Shown here in pieces: positions 20,442 to 30,895 of a DNA stretch of 64,000 nucleotides. The notes under the pieces were generated by a model, which was not told the origin of the DNA, did no database searches, and saw nothing but the letters and a program-made list of their open reading frames with translations. Position 1 is the first letter of the stretch; every line of letters begins with the position of its first letter. Origin of the DNA: Acidobacteriota bacterium (GTDB lineage Bacteria; Acidobacteriota; UBA6911); the NCBI GenBank assembly GCA_963664705.1, contig OY761556.1, positions 5,824,001 through 5,888,000 of the forward strand, in the 5' to 3' direction. The position numbers and the translations under genes are program-made.

Positions 20442-22154
20442 ATGAGAAAGCAAGGGCTTACAATTTTCCTGCTTGTTATCGGTGTTTTAGGCATATCGGG
20501 ATGCAATCACCCAAAGGTTGTCCCTGCCGATATGGTGCTGATCCACGCAAAGATCTATACGGTGAATCCCAAAATGCCTTGGGCCCAGGCTATGGCGGTT
20601 CGTGAAGGGAAAATCATTGCTGTGGACTCTGACAATGCGATAAGCGCGTATCAAGGTCCTTCGACAAAGGTTATCGATGCGAAAGAGCACCTGGTGCTGC
20701 CTGGGTTCATGGATGCTCATGTCCACATCGGGGCGGGCGCTGCCATGCTTGAGCAAATCGCTTTGAATGATGCCAAGACAATCGATGATTTCCAAAAGAT
20801 GATCAAGGACTACGCCACTGCGCACCCGGATAGGAAATGGATCCAGGGCATGGGGTGGTACTACAGCGTTTTCGGCAAAAACGGCGTGCCTGACAAGAAG
20901 TTCATTGACGAAGTCGTCTCCGACCGTCCCGTTTGTCTGGCGGCGTACGACGGCCATAGTTCCCTTGCCAACAGTAAGGCTCTTCAAATTGCAGGAATCA
21001 CCCGGAAGACGCCCGATCCACCCAATGGAATTATCGTGCGCAATCCGGCAACAGGCGAACCCACCGGCTTTTTGAAAGAAGCCGCCGGCTCACTTGTCAG
21101 GAAAAATATTCCGCAGCCGACCCGCGACGAAGAACGGAAGCGGCTGACGAATGCTATCCACTATGCCAGTTCCCTGGGGCTTACCCGATTGATCAGCGCC
21201 GGTGCGGATGCGGAGCGCATTGATTTATTTGACGAGATCCGGCAAAAGGGCGACCTGACTACCCGCCTTTACATGGCACGGTTTGTCACTCCTCCGATAT
21301 CTCCGGATGTTGTTAAAGTTCTGGAGGAAAATCGAAAAAAGTATTCCGATGACTGGCTTGATCTGGCTCCTGTGAAATTCCTGCTTGACGGAGTCATAGA
21401 AGCGCATACGGCGGCTATGCTGGAACCGTATACCAACGATTCCGCCAATAGCGGACAACTCTATTTTGATCCTGGTAAATATAAGGAGGCTGTCATGCAA
21501 CTGGACCGCCTCGGATTTCAGATATTCACCCATGCCATTGGTGATCGGGCCATTCGCCTTGCGCTGGATGCGTATGAGGCTGCCAATAAGGCCAACGGCC
21601 GCACCGATGCCAGGGACAAGATCGAGCACATCGAAGATCCCAGTGCCGAGGACATTCCTCGATTCGGAAAGCTTGGCGTAATCGCCAGCATGCAGCCGTT
21701 GCATACAACTCCGAACGACAACAATTTAAATGTCTGGGCAGGGAACGTAGGTCCCGAGCGCGCTCAACGGGCATGGCCCTGGAGGGACATCCTGTCCGGC
21801 GGCGCGGTGTTGAGCTTCGGCAGTGACTGGTCGGTGGTAACGCTGAATCCCTGGCCGGCCGTACAGATGCTGATGACACGCGAGACCCCGGAGGGAACTC
21901 CGGCGGGAGGATGGATTCCTAAGGAACGTCTCACGCTGGAGGAGGCAATTCGAGGGTACACGATGGGAGTCGCCTTCGCCGCGAGGAGAGAAAAAACAGA
22001 GGGCTCTATCGAAGCCGGAAAGCTTGCGGACGTGATCGTCATATCCCAGGACCTGTTCAAAATTGCGCCGAATCAGATCGGAAAGACGAAGGTACTGATG
22101 ACAATGGTTGGAGGGAAGGCTGTTTATCAGGATTCCTCATGGGAAGGCAAATAA
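20442..22154 (+). CDS. Amidohydrolase 3 (YtcJ-like) lipoprotein
   Basis: Lipobox ISGC; PGFMDAHVH, HAIGDRA, IEHIE, FGSDW, GSIEAGKLAD. Confidence 0.88.
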   Translation: MRKQGLTIFLLVIGVLGISGCNHPKVVPADMVLIHAKIYTVNPKMPWAQAMAVREGKIIAVDSDNAISAYQGPSTKVIDAKEHLVLPGFMDAHVHIGAGAAMLEQIALNDAKTIDDFQKMIKDYATAHPDRKWIQGMGWYYSVFGKNGVPDKKFIDEVVSDRPVCLAAYDGHSSLANSKALQIAGITRKTPDPPNGIIVRNPATGEPTGFLKEAAGSLVRKNIPQPTRDEERKRLTNAIHYASSLGLTRLISAGADAERIDLFDEIRQKGDLTTRLYMARFVTPPISPDVVKVLEENRKKYSDDWLDLAPVKFLLDGVIEAHTAAMLEPYTNDSANSGQLYFDPGKYKEAVMQLDRLGFQIFTHAIGDRAIRLALDAYEAANKANGRTDARDKIEHIEDPSAEDIPRFGKLGVIASMQPLHTTPNDNNLNVWAGNVGPERAQRAWPWRDILSGGAVLSFGSDWSVVTLNPWPAVQMLMTRETPEGTPAGGWIPKERLTLEEAIRGYTMGVAFAARREKTEGSIEAGKLADVIVISQDLFKIAPNQIGKTKVLMTMVGGKAVYQDSSWEGK

Positions 22155-22209
22155 CTGTTTACGCTTCTCGCAAGCGGGAGTCAGGAAACTCCGGGATAAA
22201 GATACTCAA

Positions 22210-23748
22210 ATGAAGCAACTTCGCACTGGGATGGTAGTGGCATGGCTCGCTTTGCTCGCGGCACAATCTTCGGCGCAGATCAGTTCTGTAGAAGGGCCGG
22301 TGCCAACGGGTCCGGGCAGCAGCATTTTTATAGCAGCCGATGTGCCGGGCGCAAGGTTGTCGATTCCTCTGACGCCTTACGGCTATGTTGAAGTGGAATA
22401 TTTTATCAAAGGTACGGCTGCAGCCTACACGCATTCTCCTTCGGGACCGAATGTGTTGCGCGCCAAATTTCCTTACTCGACACGGATCATCGTGCGGAGG
22501 CCTGTCGATCCGAAGCGGTTCAGCGGTGTTGTTCATTTTGAGCCGATCCATCCAACCCAGGGGTATGTGGGGCACTGGCTGGTGCTGGATCGGTACCTGA
22601 TGTCGCGTGGCGATATCTACGTTGCCGCTGGATTGGGAGACGCCGACAAGGGATGGTCGGGGAGCCCCCATTCCTCCGGGGAAACAGCTCCGGTGGGATC
22701 GCACTCGCTGACCAAATGGTTCGATCCCCGGCGCTACAGTGCGCTCCAATGGCCCGAAGAAGAAGGCATCCGCTACGAAGTCATGGCCGATATCGGGCGG
22801 AAGTTGCGCAGCAATGATAAAGACAATCCTCTGCGAGGCCTGTCGGTCAAGGCGATGCTGGTGGGCGGATGGTCCTATACCGGAAGTATCCAGCGCGTAT
22901 TCATCAACGAAGGCTTCCATGATCGCGCACGATTGACCAATGGTCAACCGGTGTTCGATGGTTACCTTATCGGTGTTTCGTCGCAGTGGAATGACCCCGG
23001 CTATTTGCCTCTCTATAATGATGAACCTTTCGTGCCAGTTGGCGACGCGCGGAGGAATCTCAGGAAAACCGATGCGCGCGTCATCGAGTTCCTGACTGAA
23101 TCTGAAGTGGACTTGGGTACCGGGCCGCAGGCTCCGGATAGTGATGAGCGGCTTGGCGGTCATCGCCTTTATGAGCTTGGCGGTGTAATTCACGTGGCGA
23201 ACCTTGCGGATCCCGCCTTGCCTGAGCGCGAAGAACCCGCTGTGACACAACTCCTCCAGCGAGGTTATCCGGCGAAGCAGGTGCCGGACGAGCCGGTCTT
23301 TTCTTGTGCCATCGCGCAGAGCGACATTCCGGAAGGGGCGTTCGTGAGGGCAGCTGTCGATAATCTTCGCCGCTGGGTATTGGGTGGTGAGGCCCCGCCC
23401 AGAGCTGAGACACTCGCGCTAAACGGAAAGAAATTGGCGCGTGATGAAGTGGGCAATCCCAAGGGAGGTATTCGAGCTGCGGAATTTAATGTCCCGCTTG
23501 CGCGTTATGGGCGCTATCAGGGGAGTGACAAGCCGAGTTGCCGTGAAGACCGGCCTTATCCTTTTGTATTCCTGCTACGGAATGAGCTGTCTCGAGAAGA
23601 GCTTAATCGTCGTTATCAATCGCCGAGGCACTACCTCGATCTCTACAATAGTGATATCGATCGCCTCGTCAGACAGCGCTGGCTCCTGCCGGAGGATGGG
23701 CTGAGACTTAAGGCAAAGGCCGTAGAAGATGCTGCGCGGCAATTCTAA
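22210..23748 (+). CDS. Secreted alpha/beta hydrolase domain protein (ABhydrolase_10-like)
   Basis: GYVEVEYFIKGTA, RRPVDPKRFSG, GWSYTG, RDEVGNPKGGIR, WLLPED. Confidence 0.78.
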   Translation: MKQLRTGMVVAWLALLAAQSSAQISSVEGPVPTGPGSSIFIAADVPGARLSIPLTPYGYVEVEYFIKGTAAAYTHSPSGPNVLRAKFPYSTRIIVRRPVDPKRFSGVVHFEPIHPTQGYVGHWLVLDRYLMSRGDIYVAAGLGDADKGWSGSPHSSGETAPVGSHSLTKWFDPRRYSALQWPEEEGIRYEVMADIGRKLRSNDKDNPLRGLSVKAMLVGGWSYTGSIQRVFINEGFHDRARLTNGQPVFDGYLIGVSSQWNDPGYLPLYNDEPFVPVGDARRNLRKTDARVIEFLTESEVDLGTGPQAPDSDERLGGHRLYELGGVIHVANLADPALPEREEPAVTQLLQRGYPAKQVPDEPVFSCAIAQSDIPEGAFVRAAVDNLRRWVLGGEAPPRAETLALNGKKLARDEVGNPKGGIRAAEFNVPLARYGRYQGSDKPSCREDRPYPFVFLLRNELSREELNRRYQSPRHYLDLYNSDIDRLVRQRWLLPEDGLRLKAKAVEDAARQF

Positions 23749-23795
23749 ATCGGACGTGTCCGTCAGTGTTGCCAACATAGAAAGAGAGTGTTTTT

Positions 23796-25445
23796 ATGGC
23801 TTTTATTAAGAATTTGTTTTGTTCGGCCTTCATGGGGGGAGGATTAATCTGCGGGATGATGGCCGCTGCGCTTCCCATTGCAAACACATTCGGCGCAGAT
23901 AGGATTGCGAAAACCTCGAAGTGCGCGGCGCTGGCGGGCCTGGCAGCGCCGGGCTTCGTGATCGAAAAGGCAACAATTATACCCGCCGGACCCGCGCCGG
24001 CGGAAGATGGCAGTGGCGTAGTGGATGGTTCGGGTGCGCCGCTTCCAGAGCATTGCCTGGTTCAGGGCATGCTCAATCCCCGCACAGGCGCAGATGGGCG
24101 CAAACTCGGCCTGGGTTTTGATCTGCGCATGCCGACAAAATGGAACGGCCGGTTTGCTTTCCAGGGTGGAGGCGGACTGGATGGCAGACTTGCGCCCGCC
24201 TTAGGGGATATTTTTGGCTCAGTTCGGCCCCCGGCATTAGCGCGCGGGTTTGCCGTTGTCGGCACGGATGGGGGACATCGTGGCTCATGGCTTGATGGCT
24301 CCTTTGGACTGGACCAGCAAGCCCGTATCGATTACGCCTATAACGCACTGGACAAAGTGACACTGAAGGCCAAAGAACTAGTTGAAAAATATTACGGTGT
24401 TGCGCCGAAGTACTCTTATTTATTGGGGTGCTCAAATGGGGGACGCCAGGGATTGATCGCCTCTCAGCGTTTTCCACTCTATTTCGATGGCATCGTTGCC
24501 GGCGATCCTTCTATTAGATTCTCCAGGGTAACAACTGCCGAAATGTGGAATCTCCAGGTGGCTGCCCGCATTGCTCCAAAGGATAACAACGGGAGGCCTA
24601 TTATTTCGCGGGCATTTTCTGATGGCGATTTGCGTCTGGTAGCTGCCGCCGTCCTTAAGCGTTGCGATGCGCTGGACGGCTTGGCGGACGGCATTATCAA
24701 TGACTGGCGTGGCTGTGACTTTGATCCTGGAGTTCTAACCTGCAAAGCTGAAAAGACAGACAGCTGTCTTTCGAACGAGCAGGTGAGCGCATTGCGGGAT
24801 CTCTACGCTGGACCACGCACGAGTGATGGGAAGCCGCTTTACAGCGCATTTAACTATGACACCGGTATTGCCGATCCAATTTGGCGCGCTATGCACCTTG
24901 GGTCCTCCGGCACTGGAGAATGGGATGCTGCTGACGCGGGACTTGGATTAAGTAATATGCGCTATTATCAACTGACGCCGCCGGATCCGAACCTAGATCC
25001 TCTGAAATTTGATTTTGATCGCGATACACAACGTACTCGCAATACCGCAATGATAAGTGATGCAGACTCCACTTTCCTCGGGACTTTTGCCCATCACGGG
25101 AAAATGATCGTTTATAACGGGCTTTCCGATCAAGGCATGGCCTCCAGTGTGCTTGCCGATTGGTACGATCAGGTAGTCCGTGATAACGGTAAGTCCATTA
25201 GTGAATCTGTGCGGCTGTTCCTTATTCCTGGTATGACTCATTGCGACGGTGGTCAGGCCACAGACCAGTTCGACATGCTCGAAGCAATTATGGGCTGGGT
25301 GGAGGAAGGACGTGCGCCTGATCGAATCAAAGCGACAGGCAAAGCTTTCCCAGGTGCATCACGGCCGATTTGTCCGTACCCTCTTGTCGCGCGTTACAAG
25401 GGTGGCGACGTTAACAACGCTGACAGCTTTATGTGCACTCAATAG
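23796..25445 (+). CDS. Tannase/feruloyl esterase family hydrolase
   Basis: WNGRF..GGGG, TDGGH, GCSNGGRQ, CDALDGLADG, PGMTHCDGG (CS-D-HC motif), RPICPYP. Confidence 0.9.
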   Translation: MAFIKNLFCSAFMGGGLICGMMAAALPIANTFGADRIAKTSKCAALAGLAAPGFVIEKATIIPAGPAPAEDGSGVVDGSGAPLPEHCLVQGMLNPRTGADGRKLGLGFDLRMPTKWNGRFAFQGGGGLDGRLAPALGDIFGSVRPPALARGFAVVGTDGGHRGSWLDGSFGLDQQARIDYAYNALDKVTLKAKELVEKYYGVAPKYSYLLGCSNGGRQGLIASQRFPLYFDGIVAGDPSIRFSRVTTAEMWNLQVAARIAPKDNNGRPIISRAFSDGDLRLVAAAVLKRCDALDGLADGIINDWRGCDFDPGVLTCKAEKTDSCLSNEQVSALRDLYAGPRTSDGKPLYSAFNYDTGIADPIWRAMHLGSSGTGEWDAADAGLGLSNMRYYQLTPPDPNLDPLKFDFDRDTQRTRNTAMISDADSTFLGTFAHHGKMIVYNGLSDQGMASSVLADWYDQVVRDNGKSISESVRLFLIPGMTHCDGGQATDQFDMLEAIMGWVEEGRAPDRIKATGKAFPGASRPICPYPLVARYKGGDVNNADSFMCTQ

Positions 25446-25516
25446 ACGCAATTCACGCAGATAACATTCGGCAGAAATAGAAAACTGTTTAACCTATGTA
25501 ATAAAAGGGAGAAGCA

Positions 25517-26524
25517 TTGATGCGAACTAGAATTTTGGCAGTTGTATTCATTTCATTATTACTTCCCTGCCTTGCTCAGGCTCAAGTAAAGAGCAAATCC
25601 TGCGACCGCGCCTGTCTGGAGAATTATGTCGACAGATACATGGACGCAATGCTCAAGCATGATCCAAGCCTTGAGCTTCTTTCCAGGGACTGCAAATTAA
25701 CTGAAAACGGCGTGCAGCTTCCATTGGGAAATGACGGCCTGTGGTTAAACATGTCTGGAAAGGGAAACTATAAGTTTTATATTCCTGATGTTGAGACACA
25801 ACAGGTTGCTTTTCTCGGGACGGCCCGGGAGGGTGCGGCCAACAAGCAGGGTGAGGCCCCACTCGTAGCTGTCGCTATTCGATTGAAAATAGTAAACAGC
25901 CGGATTACCGAGGCGGAACAGCTTGTCCTTCGTTCCGACAGCGATACGATGGGCATGACCGGGAAACTCTCGGTGGGCGCAAGCGTTGAAAAAATGGGAA
26001 AGCCTCACGAAATTTACCGGGAAGCGATCCCGGAAGCAGAACGGTCTTCCCGCGAGGAATTGATCAAGACCGCAAATTATTACTTTTCCGGATTGCAGAA
26101 GAATGATCACGGGAAAGGTTATTATCCGTTCACGGACGACTGCCACCGCATCGAAAACGGCACGCCGGCTACCAACATTCCCGTCCCGGAAGGACAGAAA
26201 AGACCGGATCCCAAAACGTCGACTGTGTATTCCTCTCATTGGGGCTGCAAGGAACAGTTTGAGGCCGGACTTATGGGCTTTATTTCGCGGGTACGAGACC
26301 GGCGCTTTGTGGCCGTGGACCGCGAGCGCGGCATAGCATTTGCGTTCGGTTTCTTCGACCATGATAAATTGAACTGGACCTGGCAGATCGCAGAATTGTT
26401 CAGGATAGAAAAGGGCAATATTCGCAGGATTGAGGCCATCTTTCATCGATGCCCCTATGGGATGAACTCCGGCTGGAGCACCTATGAACAGGGGATGTCG
26501 GACCAGATACAGAGTATTCGATAG
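25517..26524 (+). CDS. Secreted uncharacterised protein, paralogue 3 of 5
   Basis: CDRACLENYVDRYMDAM, TENG, YYFSGL..PFTDDCHRIENG, RDRRF.AVD, SGW. Confidence 0.8.
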   Translation: MMRTRILAVVFISLLLPCLAQAQVKSKSCDRACLENYVDRYMDAMLKHDPSLELLSRDCKLTENGVQLPLGNDGLWLNMSGKGNYKFYIPDVETQQVAFLGTAREGAANKQGEAPLVAVAIRLKIVNSRITEAEQLVLRSDSDTMGMTGKLSVGASVEKMGKPHEIYREAIPEAERSSREELIKTANYYFSGLQKNDHGKGYYPFTDDCHRIENGTPATNIPVPEGQKRPDPKTSTVYSSHWGCKEQFEAGLMGFISRVRDRRFVAVDRERGIAFAFGFFDHDKLNWTWQIAELFRIEKGNIRRIEAIFHRCPYGMNSGWSTYEQGMSDQIQSIR

Positions 26525-26575
26525 CAGCCATTAGTCGCAGTGCTGACCAAATACAAACATATCAAAGGGAGATAA

Positions 26576-27580
26576 GTGAATATGAAACGCCTCGGGATTG
26601 CGTTGATACTATGGACATCATTAATGGCTCCTTCCTTCCTGCAAGCAGCGCAGACTTGTGACCGGCAGTGCCTGGTCACCGTAATGAAAGATTACCTGGC
26701 GGCACTGGTCGCTCACAATCCGTCAGCGGTGCCATTTGATCAGTATGTCAAATTCACTCAAAACACAGCCAATATCCCTGTTGGATACGGTTTATGGGAA
26801 ACGGCCTCCGGTGGACCATCGGAATTTCAGGTATATGCCGCGGATCCTGTGAATCAGCAGGTGGCAGGACTTTTCATGATGAAAGAGAACAAAAAAAACA
26901 TACTGCTTGGAGTTCGTCTGGCTCTCAAACGCGGAAAAATCGCGGAAGCCGAACATCACATAGTTCCGGAGAATGAAATACATCTACAGAACTTGGTTAA
27001 GCCTCGACCCGGGCTTGTGGAAGATATCTCGCCCGAAGAGAGGACGCCCAGGGAACAGATGTTCGATATCGGGCTCTCCTACTATGACGCTTTGACTGGT
27101 GAGGACGGGACGCTCGCACCATTTGCCCCGGAATGTCAACGCCGCGAGAATGGGGGCATTTCGGTAGGTGGAAAGAAAGAGGCGCCTGAAGCAACGCCGG
27201 CGAAGAGAGACTTTGCCCCACCCGAGGCAGTGGACCCGGAAATGATGAAACTGGGCAAAGCTCTTTCGCTTGTGCCCAATACGTGTGAGGGACAGATTAC
27301 GGCGGGAGTATGGGCCTATATCTCCGAAATCCGAAATCGACGTTTGCTTGTAATAGATGAACAGAAAGGACTGGCTGTTGGATTTTCCAATCTTTATCAC
27401 GACAGCAAACTAAAAACAATGAAGCTCAAGGGAATCCCGGGAGTGGAGAGCGTGCCGGCTTACCAGGGAACCTTCAATATGCCCGCCATTCACTTTTTCA
27501 AAATCAGAAAAGGCAAGATTTACGATATTGAAGCAACCGGTCTTGTACTGCCCTACGGAACCAAAACCGGCTGGGAATAG
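26576..27580 (+). CDS. Secreted uncharacterised protein, paralogue 4 of 5
   Basis: CDRQCL..YLAALVAHNP, YYDAL..APFAPECQRRENG, MPAIHFFKI, TGWE; most similar to 1290-2282. Confidence 0.8.
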   Translation: MNMKRLGIALILWTSLMAPSFLQAAQTCDRQCLVTVMKDYLAALVAHNPSAVPFDQYVKFTQNTANIPVGYGLWETASGGPSEFQVYAADPVNQQVAGLFMMKENKKNILLGVRLALKRGKIAEAEHHIVPENEIHLQNLVKPRPGLVEDISPEERTPREQMFDIGLSYYDALTGEDGTLAPFAPECQRRENGGISVGGKKEAPEATPAKRDFAPPEAVDPEMMKLGKALSLVPNTCEGQITAGVWAYISEIRNRRLLVIDEQKGLAVGFSNLYHDSKLKTMKLKGIPGVESVPAYQGTFNMPAIHFFKIRKGKIYDIEATGLVLPYGTKTGWE

Positions 27581-27588
27581 AACCATCC

Positions 27589-27679
27589 AAAAACGCCACT
27601 AATTCCACGAATGGTCACGAATGGCTTCCCGCCCCGCCCCGCAACATTCGGATTCATTCGTGTAATTAGTGGCGTTTTT
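27589..27679. repeat. Long intergenic inverted repeat (REP-like hairpin)
   Basis: AAAAACGCCACTAATTCCACGAATG ... CATTCGTGTAATTAGTGGCGTTTTT with internal CACGAATG repeats. Confidence 0.75.
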
Positions 27680-27735
27680 CAAGCTGGTTTCATGACACAT
27701 GCTTTGGCGAAGTGCTTTATTCAGGAGACGAGCGA

Positions 27736-29526
27736 ATGAATACTCCCATGCATCGATTTAAGTACACAAAACTCACCAAAGAACAAATCGCCTCAAGGCT
27801 TGTCCGGACTGAGACCGGTCCGGAATGTGTTTCCGGATTCTCGGATATTCTGGTAGGGAAATCGCTCAAAATCGTAACCGACGACGGACCTGTTTTGAGC
27901 TACAGCTTTAAAGATAAAAACAGGCTCACGTTCTCCGAAAACGGCGGTGCATCGATCGAAGCGGGCTATGGATCGCTGACGCTGAAGCAGATGGTTTTCT
28001 TTTCCCACATGGTGCCTAAAACTCTGAAGGGGTACAACGTCTTTGTCGATCTCGACAGCAACTTGGTCACGATATTTGAAGTATGGTTCGGCGGAGGCAA
28101 AGACGGCCAGGGCCAGGTTCTGGACGACAGGGAGGTTCAGCGCCAGTTATATTTCGGCTACGTTGAGGTGGCCGGCAAGGAGATTCCAAAAGCGCGCCAT
28201 CACACGACCAACAGGATTGAAGGCAAAGGCATATACTGGAAGCAGGACACAGGCATCGAGACGCTGGAATTCTACCCTTCGGTTATATCATCAAATTTCG
28301 TTGAACTGACACGGCAGATTGACGACCTCAGCTACTGCAGCCCGTCGGACTACATTCTTATAGACGACAACCTGTTTATTTACGACAGGACTGAATGTGA
28401 ACTTTCCGGAATTATGACGATGTATGCGGTGGATCTATTCACCGAAACCCAGGTAGGCATGCGGCTCGGTTTTAATGAGAAGGACAAGCTTGAATACTAT
28501 ATGTTCCGGGGGACAGGCAAAGTTGTCGGGCATCTGACACGGCTCGAGCCATTTAATGAACATGGCAAAAAGATCAATCTTGGCATGGGCCCCAAACCCC
28601 AGGCGAATATGGCCGCACCGACTCCGAAAGGCCAGAGAACTGCATACAGGCCGGCGAGGACTTTTCCGAAAATGAATGAAGAAGAAATGCATCAGGCCGC
28701 GGAAAAAGCCACCATCGCTTTTCCGTGGGATCCCGACTCCTCGAAAGCGCCATTAAGCGTAATGTCGCCCAACACTCCGCCGCTGAGCCATCTCCTGGCA
28801 GGCAAGGAATTCACGCTCCGCTATGACAACGATGGCCCGGTCTGGGAATATAGGGTGGTCGATAAAAAGACTCTCCATTGGCGGAATAAGGGCGATTCAC
28901 AGTGGCACCAGGAAACCTACCGTGCGTTTGAAGCCGATGAAAAGCTGGTGTTTTTTGCCCACATGCACGGCGGAAGCAGGCCCCGCGCCAGTGTGAAAAT
29001 CGCCCTGGACTTGCTCAACGGGCTTACTACTTGCGTTCTCTCGAGAATGGGTACGGAGTATTACGGGAACGAGGTTTCCTATCGAGCCCTCTTCGGTACC
29101 GCCGAAATGGATGGGCTGGAAGTGCCGAAGTACATACGCCATGAATTTACGGACGAACTGGTGGGTCGCGGGTTTACCAGATCCTGGTCGGACATTACGA
29201 CATCCATGCATCTGTACACCACGCCCCATTCCGCCGCGTGGACAATCTACACGGAAGACCAGACCCTCGGTTTGCAATGGTGCGCCCCGTGCATTTACGT
29301 AAAGCTCCGGGATGGCGTATTCATTTTCAACCTGATGGAGGAAGCCTGCGACGGCATTGAGACCTGTATCGTAATAAACGAGAAAACGATGCGTGTCTGC
29401 GGATTCGAGTACGAAGGCGGCAGCCGCGGGGTGGAGCTCACCGTGGTCGGGTCTATTGCGCGCCCTATCGGATCCTATGACGTAAAACATTTCTTTGGGC
29501 CGGGGGCGAAGAGATACGGAGCATAG
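27736..29526 (+). CDS. Tandem-duplicated MoaF-like (calycin/PAD fold) protein
   Basis: Two repeats: LVGKSLKIVTDDG..HHTTNRIEGK and LAGKEFTLRYDNDG..HEFTDELVGR; CAGGAG RBS. Confidence 0.65.
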   Translation: MNTPMHRFKYTKLTKEQIASRLVRTETGPECVSGFSDILVGKSLKIVTDDGPVLSYSFKDKNRLTFSENGGASIEAGYGSLTLKQMVFFSHMVPKTLKGYNVFVDLDSNLVTIFEVWFGGGKDGQGQVLDDREVQRQLYFGYVEVAGKEIPKARHHTTNRIEGKGIYWKQDTGIETLEFYPSVISSNFVELTRQIDDLSYCSPSDYILIDDNLFIYDRTECELSGIMTMYAVDLFTETQVGMRLGFNEKDKLEYYMFRGTGKVVGHLTRLEPFNEHGKKINLGMGPKPQANMAAPTPKGQRTAYRPARTFPKMNEEEMHQAAEKATIAFPWDPDSSKAPLSVMSPNTPPLSHLLAGKEFTLRYDNDGPVWEYRVVDKKTLHWRNKGDSQWHQETYRAFEADEKLVFFAHMHGGSRPRASVKIALDLLNGLTTCVLSRMGTEYYGNEVSYRALFGTAEMDGLEVPKYIRHEFTDELVGRGFTRSWSDITTSMHLYTTPHSAAWTIYTEDQTLGLQWCAPCIYVKLRDGVFIFNLMEEACDGIETCIVINEKTMRVCGFEYEGGSRGVELTVVGSIARPIGSYDVKHFFGPGAKRYGA

Positions 29527-29599
29527 TTCTCCATATCCGGAGGGCTGACTCTAGGGCTGCAGTTTCTGTTCATGCATCTATTTTCTGGAGGATTCAAAG

Positions 29600-30652
29600 A
29601 TGAAGCGATTTGCACTCTATTTACTGACGGCTGGCTTTGCGGCATTGATATGTGCTGCGGCTGCAAATGCTCAGGCAGGAGAAGGCGGTTGCACCCGCAA
29701 AGATCTTTCCCAAATATCGGACAGGTACTTTGTGTCCATTCGGGAACACAACACATCCGATCTGCCACTCGCTTCCACCGCGAAATTCACCGAAAACGGC
29801 GTCAAAATGGACGTTGGAAAAGGCTTTTGGGAAACAGCAGGCAACCCTTTGCTCAGACGAACGTTGATCGATACAAAGAAATGTGTTGTCGCTACCATCG
29901 GGGTAATAGAAGAGCCATTCAGCTCCAAAACTGTTGGAGGATCCTCCCAAGGCGCTAGAGGTGGCCCCGCCAGCGCCGGTATGACGGGCGGAGGCGGCGG
30001 AAGATCAGGCGCGGGAGCCCCCGGCGGTCCCGGCGGCGGACTCGGTGCTATGTTTGGTGGACCGAAAACATTGCCCGCAGAAGGCGCCATCCGGCCGATC
30101 CTGTTCTCTGCTCGGCTTAAAGTCGAAAAAGGCAAAATCACCGAAATTGAAACGATTGTGGCGCGCGAGCGCGACTTTGCCTTCAACGCAGAAAATGTGC
30201 TGAAAACAAAGGACCAGGACTGGGAGACGATTCTTCCGACCGAGAAACGAGCATCGCGCAAGGTGCTGGCAGATGCAGCCAATCATTATTTTGATCTGTT
30301 CGCAAGTAACTCGACAGTCAGCGTCCCATTTGCAGAAGTGTGTGATCGCTGGGAAAACGGCCTGCAAACGACAGCATCAAATCACGATTGTTCGCCGGTG
30401 ACTTTCAGGAATCAAACCAAGACCAGCATTAACCATGGGCCGCGGCGCGTATGGGTCGATACTGAAAAAGGCCTTGCCATCGCATTCATGACTTTTGGCG
30501 GCGGCGCGTCCGCGAATGAGGAAAATCCTACAGGGAGAGGTCTGGTCGATTGCCACATATTCAGGATGAGAGACGGCAAAGTGGATCTGATATTGGCAAC
30601 CGTCGGACCCAATGCCGCCTCCATGGGCTGGCCTCTTGAGCCGATCGATTAG
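29600..30652 (+). CDS. Secreted uncharacterised protein, paralogue 5 of 5, with Gly-rich insert
   Basis: CTRKDL..YF, KFTENG..GFW, RLKVEKGKITEIE, YFD..PFAEVCDRWENG, MGW; Gly/Pro insert at about 29930-30070. Confidence 0.8.
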   Translation: MKRFALYLLTAGFAALICAAAANAQAGEGGCTRKDLSQISDRYFVSIREHNTSDLPLASTAKFTENGVKMDVGKGFWETAGNPLLRRTLIDTKKCVVATIGVIEEPFSSKTVGGSSQGARGGPASAGMTGGGGGRSGAGAPGGPGGGLGAMFGGPKTLPAEGAIRPILFSARLKVEKGKITEIETIVARERDFAFNAENVLKTKDQDWETILPTEKRASRKVLADAANHYFDLFASNSTVSVPFAEVCDRWENGLQTTASNHDCSPVTFRNQTKTSINHGPRRVWVDTEKGLAIAFMTFGGGASANEENPTGRGLVDCHIFRMRDGKVDLILATVGPNAASMGWPLEPID

Positions 30653-30895
30653 CAGGGAACCGCGAGGCGGACCCTTGGGGTGTCAAATCCAGAGGCTACA
30701 TCTCGCGAAGCCTTGAGGGTCTCCTTTTATTTTGAGTTTTTGGTTCCATATTAGGATCCATAGCAAATTGGTATCGATAACTTGATGTCCTTTAAAAGTT
30801 GGCATCGATGAGGTGACTGGCGTCTTTGGGGGACACATTGCCTCATTATCACCCTCCCTTTCTCAAAAAGCTAAAGCCCAAAAAGGAATACATAA

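Noticed and set aside
29930-30070. GGC-rich low-complexity tract
   Set aside because: It encodes the Gly-rich loop of paralogue 5 and is not a separate repeat element.
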